A stretch of DNA of 64,000 nucleotides from an uncultured Chlamydiae bacterium (GCA_963713615.1 CAVQMM010000001.1:2848001-2912000); one strand, 5' to 3'. Shown: positions 8,008 to 17,884, counted from the first letter of the stretch. The notes: generated from the letters alone by a model not told the origin. Numbers and translations: made by a program.

Positions 8008-10395
8008 ATGAACGTATTTAATAGTTCCGTGCGTTTCCGTCCGGTGCGAATTGGCTGGTGCCTGCATCAAGATGACTGGGTAGCCTATCGAGAAACCCTG
8101 GGTCTTAATTTCATTCTTGCAGGCGGGCAGTTCAACCCCTTGATTCCGATAGACGATGAAAATTATGCCCAAGCTTTGATTCGAGCATTTCGAGTCGACA
8201 TCCTCTTATCGATTTCTGAAGATGCCAAAATACGAGCTTTCATCGAGAAATTTCCACACTTAAAACCCCCATCTTTGAATCCAAGATTTTGGGACTCATT
8301 TCAAAGCGGCAAAATTCCACATTTTGTTGACATTTCTCACTCCATCAAAAAGCATTTCGGTCAACTGGACAAAAATAGTCCTGACTATCAATTCCTATGT
8401 TATGATTGGCAACCAGACGATCCTTTAGCTAATGTTTTTCTCGCTACGTACGGCAAATTACCACCACCGTCTCCAAAAGAAATAGATTATGCCGCTCTAC
8501 TCGGTAAGGGAGTCTCTGCAAATTCCCAAACGCTGACACTGCAAGACGCATTTCCTATCATTATGAGAGACCCTTCTACATTCGTTCCACGCTGCTTTTG
8601 CCGTTTAGGAGTAAAACAACACTACCGACATAGCAATCATTGGGAGTGTAACGGCTTTTATGTCGGGCACGCCGATGATTTCCAAGACATGGTCAACTTT
8701 TGGAATCTGCAAGCGACAGATCTTTCATTAGTATTTTACGATCCAACTCATGCAGACCGACTGCAAAAAAGACGGCAAGATTGGTTATCTTTTTTCCCGC
8801 CCCTTGGTAAAGAGACCGTTCCCAAGATTCCGCCACTTGCACTATGGGGGAGAACCCTTGATATTTTGAACGAACCGATTAAATGGGCGACTCCCACTAG
8901 GCTTTGTAAAATAGATATTACTTCTTGGAATGGTTCCAATATCAAAGTGCCTTATATGTACTTCACCGAACATCATGTGATGGGCATTCAATCGGCTAGT
9001 CCTTTTGGAAAACAGACATTTTCGATACAGTCTCCAGCGCATCCATTTGATGATGATGTATTTTTACAGAGCCAGCAGATGGTAATTGCTATTCAGCCAC
9101 AGATTGCCTATTCATCAGATCATGCATCTACCTTGCAGCTCCCCTTCGTGCCTGAGCTTAACGATTACTACGATAGAGCTATCCATGCCGGAGTAGGTCT
9201 TGCCTGCACACGAGTAGAGCCGGACGGGGTTGGATTTATTAAAAACATTCACTACCATGATCTTTCAATTCACCCTGTAAATATAGCCGACCTAATAAGT
9301 CAGTTGTTCGCACTATCTGACGTTAAAGCAACTCTCAGCGATGCTGGACTAACTACACAAAGATTGATCCACCAGATGGGCGGATTACAGCAATGCCGAC
9401 TTTTCAAAATCCCAGGAGTTCGGAAACTGATTAGGCAGCTAGCTCCAACTAAGGCATTTTCTTGGAAAACAGCTGTGGACTATATCCGAGGGGAAGACCA
9501 GCAGACAAAAAAATGTTCTTTCGACAATTACTCCCACGTGTACCTCAACGGAAAGAAACTAACTCCTGATGCCGTCATGGAAACTTTTCTCGAAAGAAAA
9601 CTTTTCTCCGCAGGGCTTCAGCTGTCTTGTCCCAATTGCCCATTCGATTTTTGGGCCTCTAACAATTTGCCTAGCCCTCAAACTTGCGAATACTGTCAAC
9701 ACACTTTCAATATTTTGCCCTATTTGAAAGATCATGGGATATGGCATTTTCGTCCTTCAGGATTATTTGCTACAGGAGGAGATCCAAAGAAAGGAGGAGA
9801 TCAAAAAGGAGCTATTCCGACGATACTCACTCTTCAGCAACTGGAACACGCATTGGAGTGGGGAAAAATGCCATACTGTGCCTCAATCAATTTCCGCAGA
9901 ACGGGGGTAAAAAAGTTTGCCTGTGAATCTGATTTTGTTGTTGTCCTTCCAGAACCTAATGCCGAAGGCAAAATAGAAATTGTCTTGGCTGAGTGTAAAG
10001 CAGAAGGCGGAGAAATTACCGCCGAAGACGTTGAAAAATTAAGCTTTCTAGCCGACGCTCTCCCCAAAGAGCAATTTCGTATCTACATCCTTTTTTCCAA
10101 GCTCACTAGATTTTCCCCTGAAGAACTCGACAGGATTGCTTTGATTAATACCAATAATATAAGAGCAATTATCTTCTCTACTCCCGACCTTGAAACCTTA
10201 CGTCCCTATGAAACACTGTTACAAAAAAACAAGAGCATGAGATTCGCGGGAAAGCTAAAAGACATGGCCGAAATCACTCACTCTCTGATTTTATCGGATC
10301 GCCAATGGGGCTATCCTGAACAAAAGGAGAAGGACAATGCCTTGACATTGCCCCCTTTATTACCTCAATCTCAGTTAGGAGCCACAACCTCATAA
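8008..10395 (+). CDS. Large uncharacterised protein with Zn ribbon and C-terminal PD-(D/E)xK-like nuclease motif
   Basis: Long ORF with RBS GAGGT before ATG 8008; CPNC...CEYC; ESDFVV...EIVLAECK near the C-terminus. Confidence 0.65.
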   Translation: MNVFNSSVRFRPVRIGWCLHQDDWVAYRETLGLNFILAGGQFNPLIPIDDENYAQALIRAFRVDILLSISEDAKIRAFIEKFPHLKPPSLNPRFWDSFQSGKIPHFVDISHSIKKHFGQLDKNSPDYQFLCYDWQPDDPLANVFLATYGKLPPPSPKEIDYAALLGKGVSANSQTLTLQDAFPIIMRDPSTFVPRCFCRLGVKQHYRHSNHWECNGFYVGHADDFQDMVNFWNLQATDLSLVFYDPTHADRLQKRRQDWLSFFPPLGKETVPKIPPLALWGRTLDILNEPIKWATPTRLCKIDITSWNGSNIKVPYMYFTEHHVMGIQSASPFGKQTFSIQSPAHPFDDDVFLQSQQMVIAIQPQIAYSSDHASTLQLPFVPELNDYYDRAIHAGVGLACTRVEPDGVGFIKNIHYHDLSIHPVNIADLISQLFALSDVKATLSDAGLTTQRLIHQMGGLQQCRLFKIPGVRKLIRQLAPTKAFSWKTAVDYIRGEDQQTKKCSFDNYSHVYLNGKKLTPDAVMETFLERKLFSAGLQLSCPNCPFDFWASNNLPSPQTCEYCQHTFNILPYLKDHGIWHFRPSGLFATGGDPKKGGDQKGAIPTILTLQQLEHALEWGKMPYCASINFRRTGVKKFACESDFVVVLPEPNAEGKIEIVLAECKAEGGEITAEDVEKLSFLADALPKEQFRIYILFSKLTRFSPEELDRIALINTNNIRAIIFSTPDLETLRPYETLLQKNKSMRFAGKLKDMAEITHSLILSDRQWGYPEQKEKDNALTLPPLLPQSQLGATTS

Positions 10396-10412
10396 CGAGG
10401 CACAAGAGCAAC

Positions 10413-12668
10413 TTATGCTTTCGATTTCTGAAAGAATAGCGCCTGTTTTTCAAGATAATTATCTATTTTATCGTTGATCAAAAAGGCTGCTCTGTCGAAC
10501 TCTAACTGGAGTTCCTTGCTCATTCTGCCAGAAGACAACTCGACTAGGAGATTAGATAAAATAATGATGCGTAAATCATTTCGAGACAGTTTCCTATCGG
10601 ATTCCCAAAAACGCTCTATTTGAGAATCGGTTCTCTCTGAAGCTGCCATAACCGCCTGTTGCTGAGAAAGTCTAGAGCGAGAGTCCTGCGAAGCCTTACG
10701 ACATACGAGAATGATGTCCAAATCAATGGGGTCTTTCGCTTGTTGCTTAGGCACAGCTACTGACATCTCAGATTTAACTGGCTGTGCGGAGACAAAATTA
10801 AATCCAGCGGAAGCAACTGCATGGGAAACAGCTGACCATCCTTCCTCTTTTGAATGGTGGTATGTAAAAACTAGCATCCCTGTATCCTTTAAAACACGGT
10901 GACACTCGGAAAATACAGCAGCCAACTTTTCGGAAAATTTCTGTGAATCAGCATCTTGGACTTCGCTAGGATGGCGAGTAGTATTAGAAGCCGCTGCCAT
11001 ATCACCTAGTAGTGGGTGTTGCCATGCATAAAAGAAATCGGCTAATTCGGAATAGTGTACGTTGTCAAAAAAAGGTGGATCGGTGACAACTAAGTCCACG
11101 GATTGATCGTGAAGATCTGTTTTTGAAGAATCTCCACAAGAAAGGTATATGGAATATGGTCGTAATTCATCCGATCTATTAACAAAATTTAAATCACGAC
11201 CAATTGGCTTGTTGCATTTAAAATTCTTTGTCCCAACTTTTTTGTTTTCACCTACCTCAATTTCGAATGGATTTTCACGATATTCTAAGCAGCGCAATAA
11301 TCTTGATTTGAATAAGCTGGAAAATGCCCCTGAACTTTTTGAAGTGCCCCAAACATTTGCTTCTATTGGATGTCTCTCCGGTTTAAGAATATGATGCGAA
11401 AACATATGACGGACTGCACCAGTGCCTTCACCCTTGAAAGAACAGAACATATTGTTGAATTCCAAAGTGCCAGAAAACAGAATGGAAAAGATTAGCCTTA
11501 AGTTTTGGTTCTCAATTTTCTGTATTTCTTTTCCGAGCCATGAAAGTGCTAAAAGTTGGCGGGAATTGAAGAATTGCTCCCACTGTGTGTAGCAATAATT
11601 CATTGCCTGAGTAGTATTTTTACCCGGTTTTAGCTCAGTTTTGTTAATAAGAGGGGGCTCATGTCTAAGAAGATCGTTTACTTGTGAAAATTTGAGCAAA
11701 TCTTCGCTTGTTATTTTACGGTATTCCTTTTCATTTTCAGGGGTTAGTACCATTTTAGCGTACATACGGTGTTCAGGTGGCTTTCCGCTTTTCTTTACAA
11801 TTGGTGCAATTGCAAATTGACAATGACAGTTTGAGCACTTTGCTTTAGCTTTTTCTGCTGGACCAATTTGAGGATCAAATGCGAAAGAACATGCCGGACA
11901 TTGCTCAGAATTTGAGTCGAATCTGGCAGAAAAGACTTCTCCACATTTTGGGCAAAGACATTTTGACTGCGGGAAACGAGAAGAATAAGCATGTTTGGAA
12001 AAAATGTAGTTATTGAAAAGATCAACAGGTGCTTTACAATCAGGACAATTAACGTATTTTACCCAAAAATAATAGAGCACTTCGCCGCCATCCGAGAGTT
12101 GGTAAAGGGATCTAATTTTTTTTCCAACGTTCTCTTCTAAAATATTGAATGTACTTTCCACATCTTCGGTATTTACGTTAGAAAATGCTGCTCGAACTCC
12201 GTTGTAAGCGACAGGGTTAATATCTCTTCCTATAACCGTACACCCAAGTTTAATTGCTTCTCCTATCGTAGTTCCGCTGCCCATGAAAGGATCAAAAACA
12301 ACCAACCCACCTAAATCTGTTTCGGAATAAAAATGATGAAGGACGGAGGTTTTATTGGGGAGAGAAGAACCAAGAATAATTGAACGAAAGACACTTCCTA
12401 AACGTTGTGCCCACCACTTGTGAAGATGGTAGATAGGTCTGTAAACTTCTTTACGCCAACTTTCTATCTCAGCTATTTCGCTAATTTCAGCAAACGGAAA
12501 ATCATTCTCAATGGATGACAATATAGTCTCCCATTGATTATCAGGTGAACAAATTCCTGGTAATTTAAGATCTGTCATCTCAAATCCTGAGAAATAGGCA
12601 ACAGATTGTTCTGAGCTAACAATAGATTTTGGGCAATTTACTAGATGAGGTGGAATCAATGGCATCAT
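10413..12668 (-). CDS. Amino (N6A/N4C) DNA methyltransferase with Zn ribbons (COG1743/DUF1156-like)
   Basis: HLHKWWAQR, motif I FDPFMGSGTT, four CxxC pairs and motif IV TDPPFFDN. Confidence 0.88.
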   Translation of the reverse strand: MMPLIPPHLVNCPKSIVSSEQSVAYFSGFEMTDLKLPGICSPDNQWETILSSIENDFPFAEISEIAEIESWRKEVYRPIYHLHKWWAQRLGSVFRSIILGSSLPNKTSVLHHFYSETDLGGLVVFDPFMGSGTTIGEAIKLGCTVIGRDINPVAYNGVRAAFSNVNTEDVESTFNILEENVGKKIRSLYQLSDGGEVLYYFWVKYVNCPDCKAPVDLFNNYIFSKHAYSSRFPQSKCLCPKCGEVFSARFDSNSEQCPACSFAFDPQIGPAEKAKAKCSNCHCQFAIAPIVKKSGKPPEHRMYAKMVLTPENEKEYRKITSEDLLKFSQVNDLLRHEPPLINKTELKPGKNTTQAMNYCYTQWEQFFNSRQLLALSWLGKEIQKIENQNLRLIFSILFSGTLEFNNMFCSFKGEGTGAVRHMFSHHILKPERHPIEANVWGTSKSSGAFSSLFKSRLLRCLEYRENPFEIEVGENKKVGTKNFKCNKPIGRDLNFVNRSDELRPYSIYLSCGDSSKTDLHDQSVDLVVTDPPFFDNVHYSELADFFYAWQHPLLGDMAAASNTTRHPSEVQDADSQKFSEKLAAVFSECHRVLKDTGMLVFTYHHSKEEGWSAVSHAVASAGFNFVSAQPVKSEMSVAVPKQQAKDPIDLDIILVCRKASQDSRSRLSQQQAVMAASERTDSQIERFWESDRKLSRNDLRIIILSNLLVELSSGRMSKELQLEFDRAAFLINDKIDNYLEKQALFFQKSKA

Positions 12669-13459
12669 TCCTCTTCTTCTTCTGGAAAAATTTCGTTTAT
12701 TTGACCTTTCACAATAGCTACTTCTTTATCAGAATCTGAATTAATTCTGTAAGCTGAAAAGGCATGTTTTTCTCCAGCATTTTGATTTGGAATAGTTTTA
12801 GGTGCGATTGTATTTTGAATAAGATCGAACTCGTAACCTATGACTATACTTGCCGATTCAAAACGGATGAGATCCCCAACTTTCTTGAAATTACTTGGGG
12901 GTATCATTGTAGACGGAACAATAAGAGTCCTTGTTCCTGTAAGCCCTTGAGCGATCGCAAACGGTGTAGGAGCTACGTACATCTTCCTATCTCGAATCAT
13001 AATGTCTCCGTAACTGCCAAAACCTTTTACGCTTCTGTTTTTATGGATGTATTCATGATCCGCATTAAGAAAGTCTCCATGACAAATCACAAGATCGATG
13101 ACAGGATATTCATTGCCAGACCCCTCCGCACTAGGATACCGACCGAATACGTAATAGATATCTCGGCCGTTATGAAATCCCGTTGGAACTTGACTGTTAC
13201 AATCATAAGTCGACTCGCGCCCAGGCCATGCAAGTCCTTTTACTTCATACCCTTCAGTAGTTTCAACTAATGAAAAATCAGGGTAGGAATTACGTCCAGG
13301 TTTGTCGTAATGGGTGCCCATAGCGTCAAGTCGAGCTTGAAACCAATGTTGAAAGTGAAACTCTTTATCTGTTTTGCTAACTCGAGAAATAAGGGCTCCC
13401 TGAAGGATAGCCTCAACACACTTGGAAAATATTTCGAATATCTTTGTTTGTCTCATCAA
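12665..13459 (-). CDS. Putative type II restriction endonuclease
   Basis: YPDF...GYEVKG PD-(D/E)xK motif; ATGA overlap with the methyltransferase gene. Confidence 0.7.
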   Translation of the reverse strand: MMRQTKIFEIFSKCVEAILQGALISRVSKTDKEFHFQHWFQARLDAMGTHYDKPGRNSYPDFSLVETTEGYEVKGLAWPGRESTYDCNSQVPTGFHNGRDIYYVFGRYPSAEGSGNEYPVIDLVICHGDFLNADHEYIHKNRSVKGFGSYGDIMIRDRKMYVAPTPFAIAQGLTGTRTLIVPSTMIPPSNFKKVGDLIRFESASIVIGYEFDLIQNTIAPKTIPNQNAGEKHAFSAYRINSDSDKEVAIVKGQINEIFPEEEEE

Positions 13460-13799
13460 TAACGCCTATTAAAATCCAAAATTTTCTTATCTCCCGCTTC
13501 GAATAGCTAAAGCTCTTTCTTTTGATTAAAAGAACCCTTCATGCTTTTTGCCAGCGGTTATTAAAATAAAGAGGCAAGCATGGGTCGTTGGAAGAATGGT
13601 ACCTGAAAATACGAGAAAAATACAGATGAAAGGTCGTTCAAAAAAAGGAAATCAGGAAATTTTGCGGGGAAATTAAAAGACACATCGCAACCAGTCTAGC
13701 TTTCTGACTAAGCGGCTGTTCATGGATGAAATCCAGGAGATTTGCGGGACGATTATTGCAGGGCGACGTTAAAGATTCCTGCTACGAAGATAACTCAAG

Positions 13800-14213
13800 C
13801 TACGTCTTCTGGGAAGTTGTGAGTTCTTCGCTTCGCTTTTGAAGTAAGTCCTTCAAAAGTTTGCTGCCGCTTTTGACTCTAGTAGCAATCAGTGCTGCAT
13901 GGGATGTTCTGGCTATGCTGGCTTCTGCAATTAGTTGTTTGAGTGAATTTATAAGATCCTCGTCAAGAAGAGTACTTTCTTCAGAATACACCAAGCGTTC
14001 CAGTGCATCAGTTTTGCAGGGACAAATAGGTCCGCCTATATATTTTGCATTGAGATCGAGTTCGTTTATGCAATGTCGAATTTTCTCAATGCAGTTTTTA
14101 CGCAGATTCACCGGCCCTTTTTTAGCCTCTTTTTGACGAGCCCAAAACTCCTCGATCCGATTAAGGACAAGACCAGCGACTATAAAAAGTAGGAACTGCC
14201 ATAAGTAATCCAT
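13800..14213 (-). CDS. Hypothetical protein with N-terminal transmembrane helix
   Basis: ORF with hydrophobic N-terminus YLWQFLLFIVAGLVL. Confidence 0.55.
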   Translation of the reverse strand: MDYLWQFLLFIVAGLVLNRIEEFWARQKEAKKGPVNLRKNCIEKIRHCINELDLNAKYIGGPICPCKTDALERLVYSEESTLLDEDLINSLKQLIAEASIARTSHAALIATRVKSGSKLLKDLLQKRSEELTTSQKT

Positions 14214-14243
14214 TTTAATGAGATGACACAGCGTTGTACGTTT

Positions 14244-14777
14244 TCATTTGTTTTTTTGTTTAATACAAGAGCGGCATGAATCTACTGCTCTTCCGAAAAA
14301 ATGCTTGCTGATAGATTGTTGGATTTCTTCAAGAAGCGGAAAGTCTTGGGAGATGTGCTTATCGTTATTCCAGAGCATCGTTATCCGAACCGCGGTTTGA
14401 GTTATATGGAAGGCGGGGTTCTCGTTGCTCGGGTCCATTTTGCGCATGATTGCCAAACTTTCGGTGAGCAAGGGCGTCAAATTGAGAGGACGGAAAAGCA
14501 GGCCAGTTTGGCAGACGTTTAGATCTTCAAAAAGGATTTTTGCTTGTTTAAGATGATCATAATACTGTTGTTCGCTTGTGCGGTTTTTCATGTGTTTTGC
14601 GAGGTCTTCTAGAACCCTTTTTAATTCATTCAGCTTGTTAAGGCATTTTTCTCTCGCCTCGCCATCTTTTGAGAGTGGTAGGGTGAATAAGCCGAGGACC
14701 CAGCCGAACAAGACTAGTGAAACGTCTTTTATCAAGTCGGACTCCGTGTTCAATGCCATTTGTGCATTACCTGCCAC
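14244..14777 (-). CDS. Hypothetical protein with N-terminal transmembrane helix (start may be 14757)
   Basis: Hydrophobic segment VSLVLFGWVLGLFTLPL followed by a helical region. Confidence 0.55.
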   Translation of the reverse strand: MAGNAQMALNTESDLIKDVSLVLFGWVLGLFTLPLSKDGEAREKCLNKLNELKRVLEDLAKHMKNRTSEQQYYDHLKQAKILFEDLNVCQTGLLFRPLNLTPLLTESLAIMRKMDPSNENPAFHITQTAVRITMLWNNDKHISQDFPLLEEIQQSISKHFFGRAVDSCRSCIKQKNK

Positions 14778-14853
14778 ATACCTGGCACATTTGAGATTTT
14801 AGAGGATTGATTGGCAAGATTGTCTTGATCGTAACTCATTGATAATAAAAGAA

Positions 14854-14928
14854 TCTGGGTGAGAGGATTTGAACCTCCGACCTCTTGCACCCCATGCAAG
14901 TGCGCTAGCCAAGCTGCGCTACACCCAG
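14854..14928 (-). tRNA. tRNA-Pro(GGG), CCA not encoded
   Basis: Reverse complement reads CTGGGTG TAGCGCAGCTTGGCTAGCGCA CTTGC-ATGGGGT-GCAAG AGGTC GGAGGTTCAAATCCTCT CACCCAG A, a full cloverleaf. Confidence 0.97.
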
Positions 14929-14937
14929 ACAAGAAAA

Positions 14938-15193
14938 TTAGATATTGGCGAGGCCTTCGAATTGGAACTCAGAACGCTTTAATTCTTTGACAGCCATGCC
15001 TAGCGCATTCTTCGATGATCTTCTCTAAAGCGTCACCGGGATCGACTTCTGCTGCTGTGATATCGACAGAAATCGAGGCCGAAAAAACGACGCCACCCTT
15101 GATCCCTTTCACTTTGAAGTTGGCAAAGATGCCTTCTTTCTTCCGGGTGATGTTGATGAATCGTATAACGTTATTTTCAGCCAAGTCTTTCAT
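14938..15193 (-). CDS. Small hypothetical protein with apparent +1 frameshift near 14998
   Basis: MKDLAENNVIRFINI...IIEECAR continues as MAVKELKRSEFQFEGLANI* in a shifted frame. Confidence 0.5.
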
Positions 15194-15271
15194 ATACAGC
15201 CTTAAGATAAAGGATGTAGTATAGGCCTTAAGGCCATTGCCGTCAATGCTTAAACGTTTTTTATCTCTCGC

Positions 15272-15340
15272 AAAGGACAAAAAGGACCAAAGGGACATAA
15301 AGGACTCAGGAGTAATTCTACAAGTCCTTTATGTCCCTTT
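15272..15340. repeat. Short tandem 9-mers plus 18-bp perfect inverted repeat
   Basis: AARGGACNN tandem units; AAAGGGACATAAAGGACT (15289-15306) and AGTCCTTTATGTCCCTTT (15323-15340). Confidence 0.8.
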
Positions 15341-15675
15341 AGCCCATCCAAGAGCGACATGCGCAAGTGACCGTACTTTCAAGTAACTCAAAAGGTTAGC
15401 TGGCGAATTTCCTATGTGGCGCAGTCATTCCATGCATATTGTTGCACACATCTTTTTCTTGACTCACAATCGTATCTCGGCGCGCAGCGCTTTGGAGTGC
15501 GTGTCGCTCGCGACCGCTTTGGATTTGGGCGAGCCTATTGAATCGCGCACCGTTCTTTGGAGGCTTAAACCCCCACAGTTACCCCTAGAGCGAAAGGTTA
15601 CGTTTCTTGCAATGCCAACTTCGCCCAAATCCAAAGCGGTCGCGAGGTAAGCGTCAATTGAGGCCATCTGGCGAT

Positions 15676-17220
15676 TTATTCGGCAGTGGGGGCTGATGAG
15701 GTGGATGAGGCCTTTGCTTGTCGCCTGGCGGCAGCCCAAGCGTCGGGCAGAAGCTCGTGAAGTTTTTGAGAATTATGGGCTGGCAGGCGCCTCATCACAT
15801 CCTCTAGGTATTCGTGGGGGTTGACTCCTATCGCGCGGCAGGTCTGTACCAGGCTTAGCAGTACGGCGGAAGCTTCCCCACCCTCCTCGCTTCCAATAAA
15901 CATCCAGTTCTTGCGGCCAATAGCTAGAGGGCGTATCGCTCGCTCCGCTACATTGTTGTCGAGACGCGCAAATGCATGTTGGGTGTAGTTTTTCAGATGG
16001 GGAATTAAGCTGCAATAATAGCCTAGAGCCTCCCTTAGATTCGATTTGGGAAGAGCCTTGCCATTAACCAGCCGGTCCTTGATGCGTGCAGTCAGCTCAT
16101 CTATTATTGGAGCTTCTTTCTCTTGTCTTATCCGCAGGCGTTCCTCTGGAGAACGTTCCCAAGCAACTCTCTCTAACATAAATAGATATTTTATCTTGCG
16201 CAGTACCCAGCTAACAAATTTTTTATCGCCACCTACAGCGTCGAAAAACTTGCGCCGAATGTGACTCCAGCATGGACACCAAGTGAATTGCTTCTTATTA
16301 GCCAGTGCTTCATAGGCTCCATATTTATCCGAATGGACAACACCTTTATATCCAGCTAGTATTTCCACAGCATGCTTGTGGCAGCGGTCCGTGCGAAAAT
16401 GATAGACTCGATAAGGCGGATTTTTTTCCTGCCCTCCAACGATCACCCACATAAAAGCCTGGTGCACCTTTCCCTTACCAGGGACAAGCATGTCCACAGG
16501 AGATTCGTCCACAAAAACATTGTTGCTGCTGAGCACGCGAGCAATCATTTCTTCATATAGCGCCTTTAAGGCATATCCACAGCGCATTACCCACTTGCAA
16601 AGTATTTGTCGGCTGATGAGAATGCCCTCGCGAGCTAAGATTTCCGATTGACGAAATAAAGGAAGGTGATCGGCGAATTTTTTCACGATCACACTGGCTA
16701 AAAGACTCTCATCGGCTTGACAGCGAGGAAAAATGCTATCTGGTAAATCTGCGATAAAAACGCCCTCTTCACTATGTGCTCTACATGCATACTTGGGACG
16801 TACTAGCTCCTTGACGTAGTAGCTACCTGGCGTATGCGCTATTTTGTGAGTGACTTCTTCGCCAATTTTGACGAGGGCTTCACCCGTTGTAGGGCAAACT
16901 TTTTGATCCTCTGGCAAATCTAAAATACAGCGTTGAACGGGAATATTGTCTGGAAGCGTAATTTTATCTTTGCCATTGCGCCCCTGCTTAACCCGTCGAT
17001 GAGCAGGCACATTTATTGTCTCTTTTTGCTCTTCGGAACCAAGATTTTCGAAACCTTCCAGGTAGAGTTGTTGACCGCCATCGTCGACTACTTTTTCCGA
17101 ACGTTTCCCAAAAATCTGACGCCTAAACCATTCAAGCTGCTCCTTGAGAAAGCTATTCTCATTTCGCAGGGAATAAATTTCCGATTGAAGCTGTTCTAGT
17201 GATAGTGTTGAGGTTTCCAT
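15676..17220 (-). CDS. tnpC: IS66 transposase TnpC
   Basis: Motifs FGKRSEK, KFADHLPL.RQ, VDESP, SDKYGAY, CWSHIRRKF and DNNVAERAIRP. Confidence 0.95.
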   Translation of the reverse strand: METSTLSLEQLQSEIYSLRNENSFLKEQLEWFRRQIFGKRSEKVVDDGGQQLYLEGFENLGSEEQKETINVPAHRRVKQGRNGKDKITLPDNIPVQRCILDLPEDQKVCPTTGEALVKIGEEVTHKIAHTPGSYYVKELVRPKYACRAHSEEGVFIADLPDSIFPRCQADESLLASVIVKKFADHLPLFRQSEILAREGILISRQILCKWVMRCGYALKALYEEMIARVLSSNNVFVDESPVDMLVPGKGKVHQAFMWVIVGGQEKNPPYRVYHFRTDRCHKHAVEILAGYKGVVHSDKYGAYEALANKKQFTWCPCWSHIRRKFFDAVGGDKKFVSWVLRKIKYLFMLERVAWERSPEERLRIRQEKEAPIIDELTARIKDRLVNGKALPKSNLREALGYYCSLIPHLKNYTQHAFARLDNNVAERAIRPLAIGRKNWMFIGSEEGGEASAVLLSLVQTCRAIGVNPHEYLEDVMRRLPAHNSQKLHELLPDAWAAARRQAKASSTSSAPTAE

Positions 17221-17302
17221 ATGCTCTAAATCATATCACAGACCCCCTCTATTATCAAGTATTTTATCTAATAAAATGCACATTGTTTTTAGGATTTTAG
17301 GC

Positions 17303-17884
17303 TCAATGACTACTCTCCAACAACATTAGAAATTCTCGACGATCGATAGCGGAATCTGGAATGCTTCCATTGCGAAAACTTCCTTTTTCAAGTCGCTTGT
17401 ACCAGACGGCATGACCATTACCATCCCAGTAAAAGACCTTCACTAGATTTCTACGACGATTTAAAAAAACGAAGTAGGCCCCGCAGGTAAATTCGCCCGA
17501 GAACGAACTGTCAACAAGATTGCTCAAGCACTCAAATCCCTTTCGCATATCGATCGGCTCTTGATAGAGAAAGACACCCTTGTTTTTCTGATATGACGAC
17601 CTCAGAGTTTTGCTCGCAGACTTTAGGGTTAGATAGACGCTCTTCTGATCAAGCGAAAGCTTGAGCTCGGGCAGGGTAATGTCTATCCAACCCGTCGAGG
17701 AAATGTGGTCGGGCGGGCTAACTTTAAAGCGTTGGTACCAGTACAAGAGCTGCTGGTAGCTTATATTGTTCTCTAGGCACCACCTGCGGCCACTCTGACC
17801 GCTCGCCATCCATTGGTCTATGCGTCGAGCCCACTCAGAACGCTTCCTTTTGAAATCCATTAGTATCTCCATGGTTAGGGTCAT
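17303..17884 (-). CDS. Fused IS66 accessory protein TnpA-TnpB
   Basis: N-half W..SGQS...WC...ISY..L.YW (TnpA-like); C-half DMRKGF..L...FVF.NRRR...K...WDG.G...WYKRLE.G.F (TnpB). Confidence 0.85.
   Translation of the reverse strand: MTLTMEILMDFKRKRSEWARRIDQWMASGQSGRRWCLENNISYQQLLYWYQRFKVSPPDHISSTGWIDITLPELKLSLDQKSVYLTLKSASKTLRSSYQKNKGVFLYQEPIDMRKGFECLSNLVDSSFSGEFTCGAYFVFLNRRRNLVKVFYWDGNGHAVWYKRLEKGSFRNGSIPDSAIDRREFLMLLESSH

Noticed and set aside
14750..14932. 60-aa ORF
   Set aside because: It overlaps tRNA-Pro and is spurious.
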